Shown here: in pieces, positions 49,845 to 59,914 of the stretch | Layout: every line of letters begins with the position of its first letter | Numbering within the stretch: the stretch's first letter is position 1 | Source: a bacterium | GTDB taxonomy: Bacteria > 4484-113 > JAGGVC01 | Reading direction: 5' to 3' | Assembly: GCA_021158185.1 (NCBI GenBank) | Contig: JAGGVC010000099.1 | Coordinates: forward strand, 1,016-65,015 | Length of the DNA stretch: 64,000 nucleotides | Translations under genes and position numbers: made by a program | The notes under the pieces: generated by a model | The model's database searches: none | Told to the model about the DNA's origin: nothing | Seen by the model: only the letters and a program-made list of their open reading frames with translations

Positions 49845-51258
49845 TTTCCGAGTCCGGCTTGGCAGCGTCTATAGCCATTGCGTTTCCTGCAAGAATGAAC
49901 GACCAGTAGATAAGCGCCATATTCCATTCGAGCATCCAGTAAACGAGCGCGGCAACGATAAGAAATCCTGCCTCGAAATAACGCCGCTCCTTGAGAAGTC
50001 TGCGGGCTGCGAAAATGATAAGGCCGACGACCGCGAAGAGCGCCAAAAGCCCTCCAGATGCGAGCGTGTTGATGTAGCCGTTGTCGATAGTGAAATATGC
50101 CCTTTCGCTCCACGCCCAAGCCGGAGCGGAGTTCGGAATGGCTTTATTGTGCATCTGGTATTCGACGCTGATTCCCGTCAGCCATCCGCGCTGGCTGTGG
50201 ATATCTTCGAGAACCCGTTCCCAGAGCACGATTCTTGAATGCTCGCTTTTTCCTGCGAGGTTAGTAATGTCCAGAATGTCAATCTGATATTGGCTTTTAA
50301 GCATATTGGCGAAAAACACGCCGGATATGCCAAGGGCAAGAATCATTGCAGCAAGTGTGATTCTCAGTTTCGTTCTTTCGCGCAAGCTAGCCTGCGATGC
50401 TGCGCGCGTGCGCTTGTACCAAATGGAGAATAGGAACGTGTACATGGCGAGCATCGTAAGCAGGTTGCCGCGATCAAGAAGAAAAAAGGTAATAATCAGG
50501 CTTATTCCAGCGAGAATGCCGCAAAGCGCCTTTAATCCGCGGGGAGCGCTAAGGGTTAAGGCGCGGTTAAGACAGACGTAGCCTGCCAATATATGGAAGA
50601 GTCCGAAGTTGAAGTACGAAATTATCAAGCCGGTGGGGACGAGCAGCGGGCGGGTGATTTCTTTGCTTATGTACAAAAGGATACCTTGCCCTTTGAATAC
50701 TTCTGTTGCGAGCATCATCGCGCTTCTGTATTCTTCGAGGAAGAAAAGCCCGATTACAAGTGTCACGATTCCGTTAACAATCGCGATAGTGATAATCGTG
50801 TTGTCAAATACACGCCTGCTGAATCCGGCCGAGATTCCTGCCCCTGCGAAGAAGTAAAGGTAAATAAACGGAAGCGCGGTAACAATGCCGCCTCGAACGA
50901 GCACGTTTGTAATGAGCGCAGCACCGAGAACGATTCCGAAAATTGCGAGCCATCTGCTCCCGGGTATCAGGAGACGTTTTCGCCAGTCGGTATCCATCAG
51001 CATCCTGCCAGCCCCTAGAACTATGAGAAGAAGGAGCAGCGACGATGGATTGGGCAGGTTAGGCATACTTCTACCGGCGAAGTACGGAAGAACAACGGGC
51101 AGGAAGACTCTGAAGAGATAATCATGAATGAAAAGCACGAGGAACAGAGCGAAAACAGTATCGCGCACCAATACCCACAGCCGGGCATACGGCCAAGCGC
51201 GCCGACTTGCAATTGATGTTCGGGCAACTGCCACGGGATGAATTCTATCATTTTGCAA
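49816..51258 (-). CDS. Wzy polymerase / O-antigen ligase-like membrane protein
   Basis: Roughly 11-12 TM; DRG, SRIVLW, IDNGYI..L...GLL (Wzy_C-like); inside the polysaccharide locus. Confidence 0.72.
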   Translation of the reverse strand: MQNDRIHPVAVARTSIASRRAWPYARLWVLVRDTVFALFLVLFIHDYLFRVFLPVVLPYFAGRSMPNLPNPSSLLLLLIVLGAGRMLMDTDWRKRLLIPGSRWLAIFGIVLGAALITNVLVRGGIVTALPFIYLYFFAGAGISAGFSRRVFDNTIITIAIVNGIVTLVIGLFFLEEYRSAMMLATEVFKGQGILLYISKEITRPLLVPTGLIISYFNFGLFHILAGYVCLNRALTLSAPRGLKALCGILAGISLIITFFLLDRGNLLTMLAMYTFLFSIWYKRTRAASQASLRERTKLRITLAAMILALGISGVFFANMLKSQYQIDILDITNLAGKSEHSRIVLWERVLEDIHSQRGWLTGISVEYQMHNKAIPNSAPAWAWSERAYFTIDNGYINTLASGGLLALFAVVGLIIFAARRLLKERRYFEAGFLIVAALVYWMLEWNMALIYWSFILAGNAMAIDAAKPDSEIGSAPATQT

Positions 51259-51296
51259 TCCGCAAACCTGCTTGGATTCCGGAAGTATGCGCTATA

Positions 51297-52547
51297 TCAA
51301 GAGCCTTTGCCCGATTCATCGCCGAGAAGATGCATATACTCTCGAAATATGGCTTCCCAGATGTCTTCCGGGCGGAAGTTCTCGACAACCCACGCACGCC
51401 CGGTCTTACCGTGTTTTTCCCGTAAGTCTTGATCGTTGAGATAGGTTTTGAGATCTGAGGTCAAGGCTTCAGTATCATTGACGGGCACGAGGATTCCATT
51501 CTTGCTGTCCATTACAGAATCAACGCATCCGGGAATTTCGGTCGCGACAACCGGTATTTCCATCGCCGAGGCTTCAATTGCAACTACGCCGAAGCCCTCA
51601 CGATGACTTGGAAACGCAAGTACATCAAACGCTGCGTAAACAGGCGGAAGCTCTTCTTTATGCAAATAATCAAGCGAATGCACACGCGGGTCGTCTTCGA
51701 GCATTTTCCTTGTTTCCTGCGGCACGGGGTCTTTCGATTCAAACGGCCCGACCAGGATCATATGCAGATCGGGCATTTCCTCCCGCAGTATCGTCCATGC
51801 ACCCGCAAGCTCGCAGATTCCTTTGTCACGCACTATGCGCCCGACGAACCCGATGACGCGTCCATCCTTCGGAATGCCGTGCTTCGCCCTGATCTTCTCC
51901 CTTTCCCCTCGCAGTTTCTCTGGGTTGAACAGATTTACAGAATCTACGCCGTTGCCGCTTCCACCGAAATACACCCGCGTTTTGGATTTCGCGCAGAGTC
52001 CTGCATTCACGAGAACGTTACGTATCGAACGGCTTACGCAGATTACTCTGTGAGCGAAAAGGCAGGATAATCTCTCGGAATTGATGAGTGTCAGCCGTTT
52101 TATCCCTGATGCAGTCATATATGGCAGCCCCCGCAGATGGTACACGCGTGCCGGAACGCCGGCCATAAGCGCAGCGAGCATTCCCAAAAGCCCGCCCTTG
52201 GGCGAATGGGCGTGGACTACCGAAGCGCGCTCCTTCTTTAGAATCCGCCAGATTTTGAATAGCGAAACGAGATCGCTCAGTGGCGTGATCTTTCTAGGCA
52301 TGTGAACGCCGTGAGCTTGCACGCCTTCCATAGCTTCAAACCGGTCGAGAAGCGGCCCGGGCGACGATATGACGTGCACCTCGAAACCACGTGCCTTCAT
52401 ATATCCAGGTTGGCCCGCAATGAAGGCGCTCAGGGACTCCGGAACCGTCGTTATATGAAAGAGAACCTTGCGTTTGACCTGCGTAGAATTTGCTGCGGAT
52501 CGGGTGCCGTGTTCATCGCCATTTTCAGGTTTGCCTTTATTTTCCAT
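51297..52547 (-). CDS. GT4-family glycosyltransferase
   Basis: HAHSPKGGLLG, GSGNGVD, FVGRIVRDKG, PSHREGFG....EA. Confidence 0.92.
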   Translation of the reverse strand: MENKGKPENGDEHGTRSAANSTQVKRKVLFHITTVPESLSAFIAGQPGYMKARGFEVHVISSPGPLLDRFEAMEGVQAHGVHMPRKITPLSDLVSLFKIWRILKKERASVVHAHSPKGGLLGMLAALMAGVPARVYHLRGLPYMTASGIKRLTLINSERLSCLFAHRVICVSRSIRNVLVNAGLCAKSKTRVYFGGSGNGVDSVNLFNPEKLRGEREKIRAKHGIPKDGRVIGFVGRIVRDKGICELAGAWTILREEMPDLHMILVGPFESKDPVPQETRKMLEDDPRVHSLDYLHKEELPPVYAAFDVLAFPSHREGFGVVAIEASAMEIPVVATEIPGCVDSVMDSKNGILVPVNDTEALTSDLKTYLNDQDLREKHGKTGRAWVVENFRPEDIWEAIFREYMHLLGDESGKGS

Positions 52548-53766
52548 TCGCCTTGCGTAATCCTGTTTCTTCGGTGATGATGCGGATTTGCCTGTAGAAC
52601 TTGCTTCGTCTTTCGTTCAACAGCTCCGATCGATAATCCCGCGAGACGTTGAGATTGCGAGTAGACATCGCGGACATTCTAGCCTGATCTGCAAGCACTT
52701 CCTCGATTTTGTTCGAAAGAGCGAGAGCATCGCCAGGCCTTACCATATTATCCGATTCCAGAAGCTCGGGGATACCGCCGGCAGTTGTGCCGATACAGGG
52801 AAGCGCGCGCGCCATCGCTTCGATCATCGCACGCGGAAGCCCCTCCGTACGTGATGGAAGGATGAAGAGATCAGCCTTATCCATTTCCGCTCGCACCGGA
52901 TCGCCAGACGGGATCAGTCCGCGGAAAACAACTTGATTTTCAACGCCGATCCGTCTGCATCTCGCTTCAAGCTCAGCTCGGTGCTTGCCGTCACCTAGAA
53001 TCGTCAGCTCAATTTCGATTCCTTTTGCTTCGAGGATTGCTATTGCATCGATCAGCACATCCAGCCCTTTGTACATCTGCTCAAGCGAGCCTGCAAAAAG
53101 CAGACGCAAGGGCATTGATTTAACGCTTTCCGAATCTGTCCAGTTTCTCGGCTCATCTTTGAAAGCCTGGGGAGTAAGCTCTACCGAAGAAATGTCGGTT
53201 GTGAATCCTCTGCACGGATAGCGCTTCTGAAGAATGCTCTGCGTTACATACGAAGCCGCGATCGCGTTTTTGCACTGCCGCTTTTGATCGATGTAAAACA
53301 ACTGACGAAAGAATGCGCGCAGCGGATGCCTTACCGCACCGGGCGCATACACGTCGTATGGATCCCCTACTACCTCAACCGCATACGTATGACGGTTGCG
53401 CAAGAGCTTCGGAGTAATTAGCCTTGCAAGGTTCGAGGGAACCCGCAGGATCACGGCATCGCCTGGTTTAACCGCCCGATTCACCGCAGCGTGGACTGCG
53501 TTTGCCTTGAGAGCAAAGCCAAGCGGGCCGTGGTAGTAAGGCACAGCGGCAAATTCGACCGACTGTCCGGTCGCGGCTGAATAGCCCGAAGGTGGCTCGT
53601 CCACATCTTTTGCGCGAGCGATAACGCGTACGCGGTCGAATGCTGCAAGATACCTTGAGAAGAAGCTATGGTTGAATGCCGCGCCGGTCCATGCATGTCC
53701 GTCGGGAGTTCTGACGAAGCGGTGCTCCATAACAACACATACAGTCATAGAATCAGGCATAGCCAA
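52537..53766 (-). CDS. GT4-family glycosyltransferase
   Basis: GSLEQMYKG, PSRTEGLPRAMIEAMA. Confidence 0.92.
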   Translation of the reverse strand: MAMPDSMTVCVVMEHRFVRTPDGHAWTGAAFNHSFFSRYLAAFDRVRVIARAKDVDEPPSGYSAATGQSVEFAAVPYYHGPLGFALKANAVHAAVNRAVKPGDAVILRVPSNLARLITPKLLRNRHTYAVEVVGDPYDVYAPGAVRHPLRAFFRQLFYIDQKRQCKNAIAASYVTQSILQKRYPCRGFTTDISSVELTPQAFKDEPRNWTDSESVKSMPLRLLFAGSLEQMYKGLDVLIDAIAILEAKGIEIELTILGDGKHRAELEARCRRIGVENQVVFRGLIPSGDPVRAEMDKADLFILPSRTEGLPRAMIEAMARALPCIGTTAGGIPELLESDNMVRPGDALALSNKIEEVLADQARMSAMSTRNLNVSRDYRSELLNERRSKFYRQIRIITEETGLRKANGK

Positions 53767-53904
53767 CAGTTCTTTCGGAACAACAAGGAGTTCAATCAGG
53801 CAAAATTATATCACCGCGCAGGATAGCGATATCACTTTGGAAGGGTATGCGGTGTCTGCAACGGTTAAGCCTTGATCGTTGTTTGCTGTGATAGAATCTG
53901 AACC

Positions 53905-55437
53905 TTGAAACAGACTGAGGAAAATCATCAAGGCAGCGCAGCGACCGCTCCCACCCAGACTTCGAGGTTTTTAGGCGGTGCGGGATGGCTTTTGATCGGC
54001 AATGTTGCATCCCGCTTTTCGCATCTCGTCGCATCGGTCGTAATCGCCCGGTTGCTGGGCAAAGTCGGTTTCGGCGAACTCGGGATAATTATGAGTACGG
54101 TTGTGACTGCCGGGATGTTCGCCGGGCTCGGAATCGGTTCAACAGCAACCAAGTATGTCGCGGAATACTGGAGCGATCGCCCGCAGAAGGCAGGTCGGAT
54201 CGTTGGTCTGTCGGTTGCCGTGTGCCTTGTATCGAGCCTTTTGATGGCTCTACTTCTCTTGATTTTTGCCGATGTTCTCGCAGCAAATATGCTCAACGCA
54301 CCGCGCCTGGCTGGCGTGATCAGGCTCAGCAGTCTGCTTCTCATTTGCAGCGCGATGAGCGGCCCTGTGATCGGAGCATTGCAGGGTCTTGAGGGATTCA
54401 AGTGCGTCACGCGTGCGACCGTAATCGCAGGCATTTTGCATCTGCCCATCGCACTTGTACTCGTGTGGTTTTTCGGACTTTCGGGGGCAATCATCACGAA
54501 TACTGTTTCCGCCGGCGTAATCTGGTTGCTTGCTGCGAAGTACCTTAAGATCGAGATGGCAAAGAGGGATCTCGCAATAACATTCAAGAATCTGGGGAAA
54601 GAGCTTTCGGTACTGTGGAGATTCTCTGTGCCGGCGTTTCTGAGCGGCATCATGGTTTCGCCTGTGCTGTGGATTGCAAACACGATCATCGCCCATCAGG
54701 AAAACGGATACAGTGAACTCGGACTGATCAATGCCGCAAACCAATGGCGCTCGATGCTTATCCTGCTACCCCAGGTTTTCGCGATAACGGCCCTTCCAAT
54801 TCTTTCGATGGCGCAGGCCACTGATGATGGCAGGGACGACTTTCAGAACGGCATTGACCTGATGCAAAGGCTTACAACGTTTCTCGTCATCCCTCTGTTC
54901 GTATTTATCTTTTTTCTCTCGGAGTGGATAATGCGGCTTTATGGTGAGGATTTTGCAGGCGGCGCCATGGTTCTCGGCGTCATCGCGCTCGGAGTGTGTT
55001 TTCAGATCCTCGGCGGAACTATTGTGGGCACGGCGATCGCAGCACGCGGCCGGATGTGGCTCGGTTTCCTGATAAACCTCATATGGGGTGTGATTCTGAT
55101 CTCCATCGTATATGCCCTGGCATCGGCGGGATACGGCGCGCAGGGTTACGCGATCGGATATTCGATTGCTTATGCGGTGCTCCTCGTAATCGGATACTGG
55201 CTGATGCGAAAGGAGATTCTGAGGAAAACGATCACGCGTGTTGTGTATACGGTAATGCTGCTTGTGGTGCTCGGCGGAATCGGCGCTGTTCTTCCGTCTG
55301 TATGGCGGGCGATAGTTGCACTTCCACTGTGTGCCGCAGGTGCATTCATCGGATTAAGACTGATTGGTTTCAAGTCCGTAAAGGAAATTTATCCCCGCAT
55401 CATCAAGGCGCTCAGGCCCGAAAGCCGGGCTTCATAG
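53905..55437 (+). CDS. wzx: Wzx-type oligosaccharide flippase
   Basis: ARLLGK.GFG, about 14 TM, MATE/PST-like RLYGEDF. Confidence 0.87.
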   Translation: MKQTEENHQGSAATAPTQTSRFLGGAGWLLIGNVASRFSHLVASVVIARLLGKVGFGELGIIMSTVVTAGMFAGLGIGSTATKYVAEYWSDRPQKAGRIVGLSVAVCLVSSLLMALLLLIFADVLAANMLNAPRLAGVIRLSSLLLICSAMSGPVIGALQGLEGFKCVTRATVIAGILHLPIALVLVWFFGLSGAIITNTVSAGVIWLLAAKYLKIEMAKRDLAITFKNLGKELSVLWRFSVPAFLSGIMVSPVLWIANTIIAHQENGYSELGLINAANQWRSMLILLPQVFAITALPILSMAQATDDGRDDFQNGIDLMQRLTTFLVIPLFVFIFFLSEWIMRLYGEDFAGGAMVLGVIALGVCFQILGGTIVGTAIAARGRMWLGFLINLIWGVILISIVYALASAGYGAQGYAIGYSIAYAVLLVIGYWLMRKEILRKTITRVVYTVMLLVVLGGIGAVLPSVWRAIVALPLCAAGAFIGLRLIGFKSVKEIYPRIIKALRPESRAS

Positions 55438-55452
55438 GGAGTTTTTATCGAA

Positions 55453-56661
55453 TCAGGCTCGGCTTTTTCTCGACCGCTCCGCCGCGGCTCGTTCGATCAG
55501 CAGTGAATACTGCTTGACGCACTTGCCTAAGCTATAGTTCTCGCGCACGAACTTGCTAATCTTTGAGCCTGCGGAAGCCCGTTCGTCCTCGGAGAGCGAA
55601 ACGATTTTCCTTATTCCATCAGCAAGCGCTTCGGGTGAATCCGGCTCTACGATGATGCCCACTCCAGAATCGTCTGTGATTTCAGGCACGGCGCCGACGC
55701 TCGTCGCAAGAAACATCCGCCCCGCGCTTCCAGCTTCCAGAAGCGCCAGAGGCAGCGATTCCGTCCGGCTCGGAAGGACTACGCAGTCCGCCGCAGCGTA
55801 CCATTCCTCAGGCTTGTCCGTTGAAAGAAGAATGCGCACGTGACCCTTTATCGGCTCGACGGTTTCTGCAATTTTCGCATCGAGTTCCTTATCCTGCACC
55901 ATTCCCGTGTTTACCCAGAGCAGCTTCTTTTCGTGAAGGAAATCGCTTCCGAGCAAAAGAAGCGCTTCCGCAAGAATATCCTGGCCTTTCAGCTTGTGAA
56001 TTCTGCCCGGCGTGTATAAGAGGAATGCATCGTTCGGGACGTCTAGGCAGTCACGGTTATCTATCCTATTCTTGTATGGTACAAACCGGAATCTTTTTTC
56101 GTCTATCCCGTTGGGAATAACAGCGAAACGCTCCTTCGGAAGCCTGTACTTTCCGTAGAGCGAAACAGCCGATGCTTCACTCGGAACGACGAGGAAGCTA
56201 GCGCGCCCGGCAAGCAATCCTTCGGTAATTGCAAGCATCGGCTCTGGAAGGCCGACGTGATGCACAGAGATGATGCAGGCGAGCTTTGGGAGTGTGAGCG
56301 CGGTCAGCAGAAGATGAAAGTTGAGTCCGGGGAGTACGCTCAATGCAACGTCAATATTCTCGCTTGCGAGCATTGAGCGGAGCGAGCGCCAGAAACTGGG
56401 ATCGAAGCGACCGCGCTTTGGCAGCCTGTGGACTTTAATACCTGCATTCGTAAGGTTCTTTCCGGCCTTTCCGGGATCGTCCTTTACGGCGATTTGAGGA
56501 TCGATGCGCGATCTGTCGAACGAATAGCAAAGGTTGAGTGCAAGTTGTTCCGCGCCACCGACACCGCGGCCTGCACCTGGATTGATATTGTTCAGAATCA
56601 GCAGCGTCCGCACAGTTTTGTCCCTGTTTGATCCGGTGCCGCTGTGGATGGTGTCAGGCAT
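55453..56661 (-). CDS. GT4-family glycosyltransferase
   Basis: GGAEQ, IPNGID, GRIHKLKGQD, PSRTESLPLALLEA. Confidence 0.9.
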   Translation of the reverse strand: MPDTIHSGTGSNRDKTVRTLLILNNINPGAGRGVGGAEQLALNLCYSFDRSRIDPQIAVKDDPGKAGKNLTNAGIKVHRLPKRGRFDPSFWRSLRSMLASENIDVALSVLPGLNFHLLLTALTLPKLACIISVHHVGLPEPMLAITEGLLAGRASFLVVPSEASAVSLYGKYRLPKERFAVIPNGIDEKRFRFVPYKNRIDNRDCLDVPNDAFLLYTPGRIHKLKGQDILAEALLLLGSDFLHEKKLLWVNTGMVQDKELDAKIAETVEPIKGHVRILLSTDKPEEWYAAADCVVLPSRTESLPLALLEAGSAGRMFLATSVGAVPEITDDSGVGIIVEPDSPEALADGIRKIVSLSEDERASAGSKISKFVRENYSLGKCVKQYSLLIERAAAERSRKSRA

Positions 56662-56673
56662 GACTTACTGAAA

Positions 56674-58284
56674 TTAACTTGTTCCGCTGCCGGAACCATC
56701 AGATCCTGGTGCTGGGGTGCTCGAACTATCATCTTCAAGCGAGCGCATTACCGAGTACGCAGTAACGAGCGTGTTGAGCGGCGTGAGGATCTCGGAAACT
56801 TTGAACCGGAAACCCTTGGGTGGAACGTATATTACATCGCCCGGAAGAATCGCAAATTCGCTGCTTAGTGCAAGCCCCTTATGGATTTCCTTGAAGTTGA
56901 TGCGGAAAACTTCAGGTTCTTTGTCAGGTTGGCGAAGGTCACGTGCCTGGCGGATAACAGCGATCCAGGGAAGATGGGCTTCGCTCGTTTCGCCCTTGGC
57001 AAACGCGATATAATCGAGCACCGTGGAATCAGGGGTGTAGTTGAATGCCCCGGCTTCGTTTACTTCTCCGAGGACGAACACGCGCTCCTCCCGCGGGATG
57101 ACGCTGATCTTGTCCCTGTTTTCGAGCGGGAAATCAGCGATCACCGATGCATCATCAAGCGCAGGATATAGGTTCACAACGATTCTTTCGAGCTTTCCTT
57201 CGTTATTGTAGCGCTGCACGATCGTATTGGCCAGATCTGCGCCGTAGGTAACGCTGCCGGAGATGCGAAGTATGTCGCCCAGTGTCTCCTCAGACAGAAG
57301 CTCGTATCTTCCTGCACGCGTTACTCCCTCAATGTCAATGAACCTTTCGGGCGATGGAATATAAACAACATCGCCGTCCGCAAGCTCGAAGTTGAACTCG
57401 GAAAGCTCGCCCTCAAGCGTCAGGACGAGAGGATCAATTATTTCCACACGGCAGCGCGGATCGCTCAGTCGTTCTTCTATCCACGCGCGCCAGTTGCCTT
57501 TCTCTGCAAGAGAGCCGGTTTCGGACGGTGTTTTGAGCGGGGGCGGCCTTAAGCTGATTTCCGTCGCTTCGCCACGCGCAATAGAGGATGTCGAACTTGT
57601 GTTTGACCGCGAACTGCGCCCGGTGAGCTGTGTTATGAGATCGCCTCCGCCCCTGACGAGGAAAAGCCGTCTATATGCGCCCGTGCTTGCTTTCCTTAAT
57701 TTCTCTCCGGAAACCAGATCGAGAAGGTGCGAGCCGTTAGTTAAGCCGAAGATGCGGCCTGGAAAATCCGGTCCGAATACGAAAATGTCGAATATGCCGT
57801 AGTTTCTTATCTGAATTGAAACGGTGGGGTTCTTGTAGTACTTCGTGTAATGGATTTTGAGCAGTTCAGAAGCTTCACGCGGTGTAAGTCCGCTCACGTC
57901 CACGTTGCCGATGTAGGGCAGGGCGATTTCACCTTCGGCATCCACCTGTGCTTCCAGGTTGTTCATCCTTTCGCCGTCGAAAAAATGAATAATAAGAAAA
58001 TCGCCTGCAGCAAGCTTGTGTCTTGCTGCGTCCAGTTCCGGAGGCTCCTGCAGAATCTGGGTATCTACGGAAATCGCACGTGTGGGAAGAAATGTGATGC
58101 ATAGCATGACCAGCGCAGTCGTTAGCAACGCGCGGGTGCAGGTGCCGAAAGAAAAACGGCAGCTGACGTTCTCAGAAGTACGAGAAAGGCTTACCATCAG
58201 GCGGGAGTATAACATATCAGCCCTATTTCCATTTCCGAAAACACTCGGCATTTCATGTGGAATTCCGTTGTCCGAAGCGTTCAT
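56674..58284 (-). CDS. Polysaccharide export (OPX/Wza-like) protein with SLBB repeats
   Basis: VDAEGEIALPYIGNVDVSGLT (Poly_export), GDVVYIP, VFVLGEV..AG, PGDVIYVP. Start uncertain. Confidence 0.88.
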   Translation of the reverse strand: MNASDNGIPHEMPSVFGNGNRADMLYSRLMVSLSRTSENVSCRFSFGTCTRALLTTALVMLCITFLPTRAISVDTQILQEPPELDAARHKLAAGDFLIIHFFDGERMNNLEAQVDAEGEIALPYIGNVDVSGLTPREASELLKIHYTKYYKNPTVSIQIRNYGIFDIFVFGPDFPGRIFGLTNGSHLLDLVSGEKLRKASTGAYRRLFLVRGGGDLITQLTGRSSRSNTSSTSSIARGEATEISLRPPPLKTPSETGSLAEKGNWRAWIEERLSDPRCRVEIIDPLVLTLEGELSEFNFELADGDVVYIPSPERFIDIEGVTRAGRYELLSEETLGDILRISGSVTYGADLANTIVQRYNNEGKLERIVVNLYPALDDASVIADFPLENRDKISVIPREERVFVLGEVNEAGAFNYTPDSTVLDYIAFAKGETSEAHLPWIAVIRQARDLRQPDKEPEVFRINFKEIHKGLALSSEFAILPGDVIYVPPKGFRFKVSEILTPLNTLVTAYSVMRSLEDDSSSTPAPGSDGSGSGTS

Positions 58285-58505
58285 CCTTTGGGCGGCAAGC
58301 GGGTATAATAATCTCTCGTATGAAAACGCCGGATCAAATCAGAAGGGTTGCTTTAGCGGTCTTACCTGCTATGCTGGATGCCATAACAAACGGCGGCATC
58401 GGCGCTAATTCGCGCTCCTGATTTATCTGCGGCACAGTGCGCAGAATTTATGCATTACCTCTTCTGTAGTAGAATCCCTGTTTTGAATGGGAAAAGGAGC
58501 CGATT

Positions 58506-59804
58506 GTGTACGAACAATTCTGTCCCGTAAGGGATGTCAAAGATAAGGTTGGAGAAACCGTGAAGCTCGCTGGCTGGGTGAGAACGAGCAGAATCCAGAA
58601 AAAGCTTGCATTCATCGTGCTTCGCGACGGCGTGGCAGAAATCCAGTGTGTCGTTTTTCAGCCCGATGTGTCGCCTGAAACTTGGGAAGCCGCCGAGAAG
58701 CTCACGCTCGAATCGAGCCTGATCGTCACGGGCGATGTGTCGAAACATCCGAAAATGGAGGGTGTTTACGAGATTCAGGTCAAGGAAATCGAGATCGTGA
58801 ATCTCGCCGAGAATTACCCGATAAGCAAGAAGGAGCATGGCACCGAGTTCTTGATGGATCACCGACACCTGTGGGTGCGTTCTTCAAAACAGGCGGCCAT
58901 ACTTCGCATCCGCGACGAGATGATCAAGGCGAGTCGAGATTTCTTCTACGACAACGGCTTTTTCTGTTTCGATTCGCCTATCTTTACACCGAACGCTTGC
59001 GAGGGGACGACTACGCTCTTCGATGTGGATTACTTCGGCGAAAAGGTTTATCTGTCTCAGAGCGGACAGCTCTACCAGGAATCGGGGATTATGGCGTTGG
59101 GAAAGACATTCTGCCTAGGTCCGACATTCCGTGCGGAAAAATCCAAGACGCGCAGGCATTTGATCGAATTTTGGATGCTTGAAGCCGAGGCTGCATTCTA
59201 CGACTTCGAAGACAACATTAAGCTTCAGGAGGATTACGTTTGCTACGTCGTTAATCGGGTGCTCGAACGGAGGCGCACGGACCTGGAAACAATCGAGCGT
59301 GATACCGTAGCGCTTGAAAGGGTAACTCACCCATTCCCGCGCATCCGTTATGCAGAGGCCGTCGAAATCCTTCAAGGGAAGGGATTCGATTTCAATCTTG
59401 GAGACGACTTCGGAAGTCCCGAAGAAACAGCTCTTGCAGAGGATTTTGACAAGCCGTTCTTCATCACACACTGGCCGGCGGATATGAAGGCATTCTATAT
59501 GAAGAACGCTCCGAACGATCCGAGTTTACTTCTTGCAAGTGACCTGATGGCTCCCGAGGGTTTTGGGGAGCTGATCGGCGGAAGCCAGCGCGAGGATGAT
59601 GCCGACGTGCTCCTCGAAAAGATCAAGAAGCATAAGCTTCCGAAGGAATATTTCGAGTGGTACCTCGATTTAAGGCGATATGGGAGCGTTCCGCACAGTG
59701 GATTCGGCTTAGGGATCGAGCGCACGGTTTGCTGGATCTGCGGGCTGCATCATATTCGCGAATCGATCCCGTTCCCGCGCATGCTATACCGCAAAACACC
59801 TTAA
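58506..59804 (+). CDS. asnS: Asparagine-tRNA ligase
   Basis: GWVR, RHLWVR, YLSQSGQLY, FRAEKSKTRRHL.EFWM.E, GGSQRE, WY.DLRRYGSVPHSGFGLG.ER. Confidence 0.95.
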   Translation: MYEQFCPVRDVKDKVGETVKLAGWVRTSRIQKKLAFIVLRDGVAEIQCVVFQPDVSPETWEAAEKLTLESSLIVTGDVSKHPKMEGVYEIQVKEIEIVNLAENYPISKKEHGTEFLMDHRHLWVRSSKQAAILRIRDEMIKASRDFFYDNGFFCFDSPIFTPNACEGTTTLFDVDYFGEKVYLSQSGQLYQESGIMALGKTFCLGPTFRAEKSKTRRHLIEFWMLEAEAAFYDFEDNIKLQEDYVCYVVNRVLERRRTDLETIERDTVALERVTHPFPRIRYAEAVEILQGKGFDFNLGDDFGSPEETALAEDFDKPFFITHWPADMKAFYMKNAPNDPSLLLASDLMAPEGFGELIGGSQREDDADVLLEKIKKHKLPKEYFEWYLDLRRYGSVPHSGFGLGIERTVCWICGLHHIRESIPFPRMLYRKTP

Positions 59805-59914
59805 TTCGGGTAGGGTGAGCGAAAAGCGGTTCAGCTCTGAGGAAACTCGTACAGAGATGCTGAAGTTCTCACCATTGCGATATCAGGCAATTCGCATGCT
59901 AAAATGAGGTTGTC

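Noticed and set aside
58320..58421. 33-aa ORF MKTPDQIRR... upstream of asnS, or a T-box leader
   Set aside because: No SD, no motif, no Asn-codon run and no T-box core seen; asnS has its own nearby -10 and SD.
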